A stretch of 32,530 nucleotides of DNA from Sulfurovum sp. (GTDB lineage: Bacteria > Campylobacterota > Campylobacteria > Campylobacterales > Sulfurovaceae): positions 1-32,530 of the forward strand of contig DQVY01000133.1 in assembly GCA_015661535.1 (NCBI GenBank). The letters are read 5' to 3'. Of the stretch, positions 25,783 to 32,530 are shown piece by piece. The notes under the pieces are model-generated. The model had not been told where the DNA came from. It ran no database searches and was given only the letters and a program-made list of their open reading frames with translations. Made by a program: the position numbers and the translations under genes. Position 1 is the first letter of the stretch, and every line of letters starts with the position of its first letter.

Positions 25783-26958
25783 TTATGAAAATAGTTTTCT
25801 TTCATAGCCGTAGATATCATTCCTGAATTGGACGACACCTTCGTCGTCTACCCATACGGTGTGGTACTCTACATATACGGGTATCTTCTCTTTTAGTGTG
25901 ATCCATTTATTTTTACCTGAAGAGTAGGTGTATCCCAACTCTGCAAGTAGGGCCAATGGTTTTTCAAGTCTTATACAGCCATGAGAGAACGCTCTGACAG
26001 TTCTGTTAAAGAGTGATTTGGAGGGTGTATCATGCATATAGACATTGTATTTGTTGGGAAATAAAAACTTCACAACACCCAAAGCATTTCTTCTTCCCTC
26101 TTTTTGGTAGAGTTTCCCCTCACTGTTATAATCAAACCCTTTTCTTCTCAAATATGCTTCAGATTTATGGGCATACTCTTTTCTGTATATTGAAGGAGGG
26201 ACGTTCCATCTTGGGTTTTTGACGATGTATGTTAATTTTCTGTTGAAAACAGGGGTTCTCATCTTGGTTTTACCCACCACTATTTTCATACTCAAAATAA
26301 CGATATCATCTTTATAATAATGCATTTTAAATTCAGGGATATTGATGAGAATATGGTGAGAATCTTTTACTGCAGAGATCCTCTCTAGTTGTAAATTCTT
26401 TTTTATTTTAAGGATAATACTGTGTATGGATTGTTTAAGGGCTCTTTTGGTTTGAGGCCCTATCTCGCCATCTACTGTCAGGCCGTGACTTTTTTGATAC
26501 TGGAGCAGTGCTTCGGTAAATTCAAGTGTATAATTTCCATCTTCAGTCAATTGTGCATTTTGTAAAAGATTAAATACTCTTTTCGTTCTGATAATATCTT
26601 CTGTTTCATTCCCTTTGAATTTTGGCGGTGTGTACTCTTTTCTCACACTGTACAGGTAGTCCAGATACCCTTTTAATCCTGTGTATCTTTTTGTCTGGGG
26701 TAGTAGATCCATTACATAATTATAGACATTTCCACTTGCCTCTGCACGCTGAAGAGCACGTGAATCCACTTTTTTATAGGCTGCTCTATCACCTCTGAAC
26801 CGGGCATAGTTAAGATCACCGTTCAAAAGACATTTTGCGATCTGATAGTTCGTTTTGCCATGACATACAGAATACTTTTTCTGATATGTCAATAACGCAG
26901 GATCGGCTATGTTTGCAAAAAGAAAAGTATGTAGGAGTATGTAGAGTATTTTTTTCAT
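25783..26958 (-). CDS. L,D-transpeptidase (YcbB-like) with peptidoglycan-binding domain
   Basis: YQKSHGLTVDGEIGPQT, NALGVVKFLFPN, YMHDTP and SHGCIR motifs. Confidence 0.92.
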   Translation of the reverse strand: MKKILYILLHTFLFANIADPALLTYQKKYSVCHGKTNYQIAKCLLNGDLNYARFRGDRAAYKKVDSRALQRAEASGNVYNYVMDLLPQTKRYTGLKGYLDYLYSVRKEYTPPKFKGNETEDIIRTKRVFNLLQNAQLTEDGNYTLEFTEALLQYQKSHGLTVDGEIGPQTKRALKQSIHSIILKIKKNLQLERISAVKDSHHILINIPEFKMHYYKDDIVILSMKIVVGKTKMRTPVFNRKLTYIVKNPRWNVPPSIYRKEYAHKSEAYLRRKGFDYNSEGKLYQKEGRRNALGVVKFLFPNKYNVYMHDTPSKSLFNRTVRAFSHGCIRLEKPLALLAELGYTYSSGKNKWITLKEKIPVYVEYHTVWVDDEGVVQFRNDIYGYERKLFS

Positions 26959-27062
26959 ACAATTATGATAGCTTATTTTTCAGTACATAGCAAGAAAAAA
27001 AATTATTCATTTATAGATTTTGGATATAATATTTTTATCAATCTTATACACAGGATGCTTTA

Positions 27063-28169
27063 ATGCAACAATTCGACAAACAAAACTCACCTTCATGTAC
27101 TTCACGCTCATTGGCGATACTTCTTGTACCTTTTCTCTTTTTGCTTGGGCTTATTTTTGCTTATATAGGTTTGATACCCCTAAAAGTAGAAGCACATACT
27201 TTAGGTATCGTCGCTTTTATCTTTGTGGTATTTGTTTCCTTTGTGAGACATAATGCCAATTATTCTGTCTGTCACATGCAGGGGTCCTTCTTTAAAATGG
27301 AAGAAGATCTTCAAGCGGCATTAAGGGCGAATGCTTTAACCATCATGAGTAAAACAAAATCTACCTTGCACATTAAAGATTTTATTGCTGAGTATTATAA
27401 AGATATTCGTAATGACAATTTTGCAAAAGTAGCACCTTCGGTCTTCCCTATGTTGGGTATTTTGGGAACGTTCATTGCCATTGCCCTTTCTATGCCGGAC
27501 TTTACAGTAAAAGACATAGAGGCACTTGACCGTGAGATATCTGTACTCTTATCGGGTATCGGTACCGCTTTTTATGCGTCTATTTACGGGATCATGCTGT
27601 CGCTTATCTGGACCTATTTTGAAAAAAGAGGTATGGCTAAAGTGGACAAGCAAACCTATGATCTTGAAAAACTTTATGGTATGCGTGTATGGAAAAAGTC
27701 TGAGTTGATCAAACATGAACATATGCAAAGTGAATTGAAAGACCAGCAAATCGTAGAAACACTGAAAGAAACATTTAATATGGACTTCATTAAAGAATTA
27801 AATGAACAATATTTGAAGAACTTTACCACGATCATTCATGACACAACCAACAGTTTTACGAAGTTGACCGTACATATGCAGGAAGCTTCTTCAGAACTTC
27901 GGGATACACTAGAAAATATACATCACAGACAGGCAAGTATTGATGCTGTTGAAGCGATGGAGAAAAATATTGAAGGCTTTAACAGTAATGCACTAAACCT
28001 TCAAAAAACCATGGATAAATTTGATGGTTCTGTGGACCATACCTTTGAGAAGATCGATGCAGAACTAGGACAGGCAGTAGATAAATTGGCAGATTTTGCA
28101 CGTATCATTTCTGAACAGAATGAATTGATACTGGAGAATACAGCAGCACTCAAACAGCAAGAAAAGTAA
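27063..28169 (+). CDS. MotA/TolQ/ExbB-family proton channel with long C-terminal tail (ZorA-like)
   Basis: PMLGILGTF and GIGTAFYASIYG motifs; ~180-aa helical tail. Confidence 0.82.
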   Translation: MQQFDKQNSPSCTSRSLAILLVPFLFLLGLIFAYIGLIPLKVEAHTLGIVAFIFVVFVSFVRHNANYSVCHMQGSFFKMEEDLQAALRANALTIMSKTKSTLHIKDFIAEYYKDIRNDNFAKVAPSVFPMLGILGTFIAIALSMPDFTVKDIEALDREISVLLSGIGTAFYASIYGIMLSLIWTYFEKRGMAKVDKQTYDLEKLYGMRVWKKSELIKHEHMQSELKDQQIVETLKETFNMDFIKELNEQYLKNFTTIIHDTTNSFTKLTVHMQEASSELRDTLENIHHRQASIDAVEAMEKNIEGFNSNALNLQKTMDKFDGSVDHTFEKIDAELGQAVDKLADFARIISEQNELILENTAALKQQEK

Positions 28170-28173
28170 GAAG

Positions 28174-29412
28174 ATGTTTAGAAAAGACAATACAAACGAA
28201 GAGAGTAACTTTTGGATATCTTATGCGGACCTCATGGCTGGATTACTTTTTGTTTTTATTTTACTCATAGGGGCGATTGTCTCCAAATCTATGATCTTAA
28301 AGACGGTTTTACATGATAAAGATGAAAATATTCATCTCTTAAGCGATGATCTGAACAGAAGCAAGGCATTGATAGACAAAACAGAACATGAACTTTCAGA
28401 CAGTGAAAAAGCTCTGGCAGAAAAAGAAAAGTTACTTACACTCAGAAATGCACGTATAGAAAAAGATAAAGCCAAACTCACAGAAGCTGAAAAACTGCTT
28501 CAACTTAAAGATGCACGTATTGCCAAAGATCAACTGAAATTGGCAGAGAGTGAAAGAATGTTCAAGTTAAAACTTGATGAGATCAGTAAACTCAATAAAA
28601 TGCTTCTTGAAGCCAATGCCAAAGAGAGTGCCCTTAGTGATAAAATTGTCATTGTGCAGACACTGCTGGATAAAAATAAAAAAGATTTAAAGAAGCAGGA
28701 AGAGGCACTGAATAAAAAGAAAAAAAGTTTAAAAGATTATGAAGGTAAAGTACTGGTACTTTCAAATGAATTGACGGATGCTAAAAATGCAGTGAAAATA
28801 AAAGATGAAAAACTTCTTACTTTACTCAATGCGATGGATGAAAAGAAAACAAAGTATGATGCACTTTTACAAAAACTTCAATCTCAAAAAGCGAAGATCA
28901 AATCACTTACCGGTATTAAATTACATGTTGTTGCTGCATTAAAAGAGGCATTGGGTGACAATATAGATATCGATAAAAAAAGCGGTTCATTGCGTTTGGC
29001 TTCAAATATTCTTTTTGGCAGTGGAGAGGCTACACTGAAGCCTGAAGCTAAAGTATCATTGAAAAAGGCATTTGAAGAGTATATAGGTACCCTGGTAAAA
29101 GATCCTGAGATCAAGACTCACTTAGATAAAATTATTATAGAAGGACATACAGACAGTGTCGGGTCTTATATATATAACTTGAACCTTTCACAAAAACGTG
29201 CACTGGCAGTCATGGAGTATCTGTTGACCTTGGACTTTACAAAAGAGCATAACATCAGACCATTGATGACTGCATCAGGCAGGGCTTATTTAGATGCAAT
29301 CATGGTCAATGGTGTGGAAGATAAAAATGCTTCGAGAAGAATTGAAATTAAGTTCAGACTTAAGAATGAAGATGCAATGAATGAGATAGAAAAGGTATTA
29401 GATGCAAAATGA
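28174..29412 (+). CDS. MotB/ZorB-like OmpA-domain protein with long coiled coil
   Basis: FWISYADLM TM motif (conserved Asp), IEGHTD, NLNLSQKRA and SRRIEI. Confidence 0.88.
   Translation: MFRKDNTNEESNFWISYADLMAGLLFVFILLIGAIVSKSMILKTVLHDKDENIHLLSDDLNRSKALIDKTEHELSDSEKALAEKEKLLTLRNARIEKDKAKLTEAEKLLQLKDARIAKDQLKLAESERMFKLKLDEISKLNKMLLEANAKESALSDKIVIVQTLLDKNKKDLKKQEEALNKKKKSLKDYEGKVLVLSNELTDAKNAVKIKDEKLLTLLNAMDEKKTKYDALLQKLQSQKAKIKSLTGIKLHVVAALKEALGDNIDIDKKSGSLRLASNILFGSGEATLKPEAKVSLKKAFEEYIGTLVKDPEIKTHLDKIIIEGHTDSVGSYIYNLNLSQKRALAVMEYLLTLDFTKEHNIRPLMTASGRAYLDAIMVNGVEDKNASRRIEIKFRLKNEDAMNEIEKVLDAK
28426..28551 (+). repeat. 63-bp (21-aa) tandem duplication within the coiled coil
   Basis: EKLLTLRNARIEKDKAKLTEA / EKLLQLKDARIAKDQLKLAES. 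Confidence 0.7.
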
Positions 29413-29551
29413 TTTTGTACCCGTTCATTTAAAAGAGGCCAATGCAAATTTAGACAAACATGTACTGGCAGCTAAAAAAGAGAAGATCAACGACTTTAAC
29501 CATAAAGAAAGATCTTTATGGCAAAAGTTTTTAGGTATTTTTACCCAATAG
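29402..29551 (+). CDS. 49-aa small protein not in the ORF track
   Basis: MQNDFVPVHLKEANANLDKHVLAAKKEKINDFNHKERSLWQKFLGIFTQ*; AAAGGT RBS; overlaps the upstream stop and fills the gap to murA. Confidence 0.65.
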   Translation: MQNDFVPVHLKEANANLDKHVLAAKKEKINDFNHKERSLWQKFLGIFTQ

Positions 29552-29555
29552 TGAT

Positions 29556-30824
29556 TTAGTGACTCTCTGTCTTTCTCACAATATCTGCTCCGAGTGCTGA
29601 AAGTTTTCCTTCCAGATTGTCATAGCCACGGTCCAAATGGTAAATACGTCTTACATTGGTGGTGCCTTCTGCAACCATGGCAGCAAGTACAAGGGCTGAA
29701 GAGGCTCTCAGGTCTGTTGCCATGACATCTGCGCCATAAAGTTCTTCAACACCTTTGACTGCAGCAGTACTCCCCTTGAGCCAAATATCTGCACCCAGAC
29801 GATTGAGTTCACTTACATGCATGAAACGGTTTTCAAAGAGGCGCTCTTCTATGAGGCTCTCTCCTTCTGCCATGACTGAGACAGCCATGAACTGTGCCTG
29901 CATATCTGTAGGGAAACCAGGGTACTCAATGGTGATCAGGTTGACAGGTTTGAGCTTCTCCGCAGGATATATGGTCATACTTGTTTCCTGAAGGTCAAAA
30001 GAGCAGCCCATGGACTCCAGTTTATCAATAGAAGCTCTTAAGTGTTCATGGTTGACATTGTCGAGGGTGATACTTGACTGGGTAATAGCACCTGCACAGA
30101 GATAGGTACCCGCTTCTATACGGTCGGGAATGATCTCTATCGTTTTAAACTGTAAAGGTTTTCCCGCCGTACCTTCAATACTCAGTTCATTGGTCCCTAT
30201 GCCTTTTATAGTCACGCCTGCATCTGCTATCATTTCACAGAGTTGTACGACTTCAGGTTCTTTTGCCGCATTTACTATGGTCGTGGTGCCTTTTGCTAGG
30301 GCTGCAGCCATTACAATGTTTTCTGTGCCCCCTACAGTGATCTTGTCAAAGATGATCTTCGCACCATGCAGACCATTGGGTGCTTCAGCGCGTACATACC
30401 CGCCTTTGATCTCTATGTGTGCTCCCATCGCTTCAAGGGCTTTGAGGTGTAAGTCAATAGGGCGTTGTCCTATGGCGCATCCACCAGGCAATGAGACTTC
30501 ACATTCACCAAATCTTGCAAGCAGGGGACCAAGTACCAAGATAGAAGCTCTCATTTGTGAAACGATCTCATAGACAGCTTTGGTTGAAGTAATATGTCCA
30601 TTGTGAATATGTGCTACGGTATCTTGATGGTCTACTTTTCCCCCAAGCATACTAAGTAGTTTCAAGAGGGTTCGGATATCTACTACATTGGGTAAATTGG
30701 TCAGTGTCACTTCTTTATCGCTCAATATGGTTGCCGCAATAATAGGAAGGGCTGCATTTTTTGCACCAGATATTTTCACATGTCCACTTAACTTTTTACC
30801 ACCCACAATCTCTAAATAATCCAT
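29556..30824 (-). CDS. murA: UDP-N-acetylglucosamine 1-carboxyvinyltransferase
   Basis: [31 protein letters not shown] and TDLRA motifs; likely start MDYL. Confidence 0.98.
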   Translation of the reverse strand: MDYLEIVGGKKLSGHVKISGAKNAALPIIAATILSDKEVTLTNLPNVVDIRTLLKLLSMLGGKVDHQDTVAHIHNGHITSTKAVYEIVSQMRASILVLGPLLARFGECEVSLPGGCAIGQRPIDLHLKALEAMGAHIEIKGGYVRAEAPNGLHGAKIIFDKITVGGTENIVMAAALAKGTTTIVNAAKEPEVVQLCEMIADAGVTIKGIGTNELSIEGTAGKPLQFKTIEIIPDRIEAGTYLCAGAITQSSITLDNVNHEHLRASIDKLESMGCSFDLQETSMTIYPAEKLKPVNLITIEYPGFPTDMQAQFMAVSVMAEGESLIEERLFENRFMHVSELNRLGADIWLKGSTAAVKGVEELYGADVMATDLRASSALVLAAMVAEGTTNVRRIYHLDRGYDNLEGKLSALGADIVRKTESH

Positions 30825-31065
30825 CCATCTCATCCTCAAATAATATGCTAAGATTTTATCTAAAAATCGATTAGATGTCCCCTATAGGTGAGGCAGAATC
30901 AGATATTAATATTAAGTAATATGTATTTTCCGGGATCATTTTACATTAAAAAATAGAAAAATTGATATTATTCACTATAGTTTAATCATACTATTAGTTA
31001 ATATGATGTATTATATTTCTTAATATATACTCATAGTAGGGCTGTAGGCCCCATTTTAAGGGAAG

Positions 31066-31638
31066 ATGATGTCTAGTAGTTTAGATAAATTAAAAGCGTT
31101 AACAAGCCGCCTAGAAGACAAGTTGGAACAAAAAGGGAAAGTTAAATCTGTTCTGCCTTTAGAAAAAGAAGCTCAAGAAAGTATAGAAAATAAAACAGTT
31201 GAAAAATCTGTAATGAAAGTACTGAAACAGAAAACAGCAAGCAGTGACAGTATACGTAATGAGAATATAGCTCGGGTAAAAGAACTTTATGAGAAGCTAA
31301 AAATATTTGAAAAATCTCCAGATTTTGACACGATCTTTATCTATAAAGCAATGAACCTTTCAGGTATTGGATTAAAAGATGATGATTTTGCTCAGGTACG
31401 TGAGGGGAAATATATTCAAATTATTGCCATCACCTATGAGCCCGATAAGAATGGAAAGAAAAAGGCAAAAAACATCTCTTTAGGCTATTTTGGAAAAGCT
31501 GAAACTCTTGATAATACGTTAAAAAATGAAATTATAGAATTTGTATTACGCTGGCGTTATGAAAAAGCCTTTCAAAATGTTGAACACTATAAAGACCTTA
31601 TTGATAAAATTGAAACACCCAGCCATACACTATTTTAA
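31066..31638 (+). CDS. Hypothetical protein
   Basis: 190-aa ORF with AAGGGA RBS; no motif recognised. Confidence 0.7.
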   Translation: MMSSSLDKLKALTSRLEDKLEQKGKVKSVLPLEKEAQESIENKTVEKSVMKVLKQKTASSDSIRNENIARVKELYEKLKIFEKSPDFDTIFIYKAMNLSGIGLKDDDFAQVREGKYIQIIAITYEPDKNGKKKAKNISLGYFGKAETLDNTLKNEIIEFVLRWRYEKAFQNVEHYKDLIDKIETPSHTLF

Positions 31639-31714
31639 AAATTGGTCTGTTTTCCACTTTCTTAAATAAATAATTTGTTACAATCATCTTCTAACTTTAC
31701 TACTTAGGATAACC

Positions 31715-32053
31715 ATGCACCTCGACCTTATACCAGAAGCACTTTTAGTTCAACTGGGTTATGTTAAAAATGAGCAAACACTTAAACAAATGAATGCTAT
31801 TATTGACAATACCAATGGTTTTGAGAAGTTTTCTCAGCACCTGCCTTCATTTAATGATGCCCTTGCTATAGAGAAAGGCTTCATAGCGATGTCTAATACA
31901 GAAGATTATTTAAAGATCAAATGTGATGTAGACAGCTCAGCCGATAACCTTTCTGCCTTTACCGCTTTGGTCAACCATTGGGCAGAAAAATATAAATTAG
32001 AACTCAAAAAAGTAGAAGACAAAAACACTTACTATATTATTGGTCAGCACTAA
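31715..32053 (+). CDS. Hypothetical protein upstream of the helicase
   Basis: 112 aa, AGGA RBS; stop abuts the helicase start. Confidence 0.75.
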   Translation: MHLDLIPEALLVQLGYVKNEQTLKQMNAIIDNTNGFEKFSQHLPSFNDALAIEKGFIAMSNTEDYLKIKCDVDSSADNLSAFTALVNHWAEKYKLELKKVEDKNTYYIIGQH

Positions 32054-32530
32054 TTGCCACTCAGTTCTCTTAATGAAGAGCAGCTTTCTGCTGCTACTGC
32101 ACCTTTAGGCCATAACCTTATTATTGCCTCTGCAGGTACAGGGAAAACTTCTACGATCGTGGGACGCATAGCCCATCTTCTACAAAGTGGAGTAGAACCG
32201 TCAAGTATTTTGCTTTTGACCTTTACAAACAAAGCAGCTGGGGAGATGATAGCCCGTCTGGAACGCTATTTTCCTAAAAAAATTGTAAGTAAAATAGAAT
32301 CTGGTACCTTTCATGCGGTGTCGTACCGCTGGCTCAAAGAGATTTACCCCAATTTGGCACTCAAACAGCCTGCTGAACTCAAAACACTCTTTAGAAGTAT
32401 TTATGAAAAACGTAATTTTGAGCGTATGAACCTGAGCATGCAGCCTTTTTCTGCTACCTTCCTTTATGAACAGTATTCACTCTACCAGAATGCTTCATTG
32501 GAGACTTTTGATGTTTGGTTCTTGGAAAAA
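32054..32530 (+). CDS. UvrD/Rep ATP-dependent DNA helicase (3' truncated)
   Basis: TTG start; LNEEQ, ASAGTGKT, LLTFTNKAA and GTFH motifs. Confidence 0.93.
   Translation, partial: MPLSSLNEEQLSAATAPLGHNLIIASAGTGKTSTIVGRIAHLLQSGVEPSSILLLTFTNKAAGEMIARLERYFPKKIVSKIESGTFHAVSYRWLKEIYPNLALKQPAELKTLFRSIYEKRNFERMNLSMQPFSATFLYEQYSLYQNASLETFDVWFLEK

Noticed and set aside
27063-29412. Complete Zorya defence system or flagellar stator
   Set aside because: No ZorC/D/E neighbours, no defence-island context, and the architecture differs from canonical MotAB.
31036-31052. GTAGGGCTGTAGGCCCC as a REP
   Set aside because: The stem is only about 4 bp.
32050-32232. 60-aa minus-strand ORF
   Set aside because: Antisense to the UvrD helicase.
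1-32530. CRISPR array, tRNA/rRNA, transposase, integrase, prophage, selenocysteine read-through
   Set aside because: No regularly spaced repeats, cloverleafs or such ORFs were seen, and redox genes use ordinary Cys codons.

Overview
AT-rich chromosomal window from a Campylobacterota bacterium, most likely Sulfurovum-like (inferred from gene content and synteny with Campylobacter/Helicobacter loci). Core genes present: partial DEAD-box helicase, truD, truA, acylphosphatase, msrA, trxC, sppA, mqnF-like deaminase, aroQ, Xaa-Pro peptidase, folK, mnmA, an L,D-transpeptidase, murA and a partial UvrD helicase. Four less ordinary modules stand out. (1) A candidate copper/envelope regulon: a DccRS/CrdRS-type two-component system, small periplasmic cytochrome c and heme-motif-less cytochrome-like proteins, and a CusCBA-type pump followed by a lipoprotein. 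A portable M-K-C-x-x-G-K-C tag occurs four times in three unrelated proteins, and three promoters share a direct-repeat geometry. (2) A CymR-like sulfur operon preceded by a ~150-nt rod-shaped palindromic element. (3) A flagellar operon relic: flhF plus a tandem-SPOA protein, with flhG/fliA/fliM/fliY absent from their usual slot. (4) A ZorAB/MotAB-like motor pair with an uncalled 49-aa third gene. Several families of small REP/MITE-like palindromes occupy intergenic regions. No CRISPR array, rRNA, tRNA, transposase or prophage gene was recognised. All family assignments come from motif recognition, not database searches.
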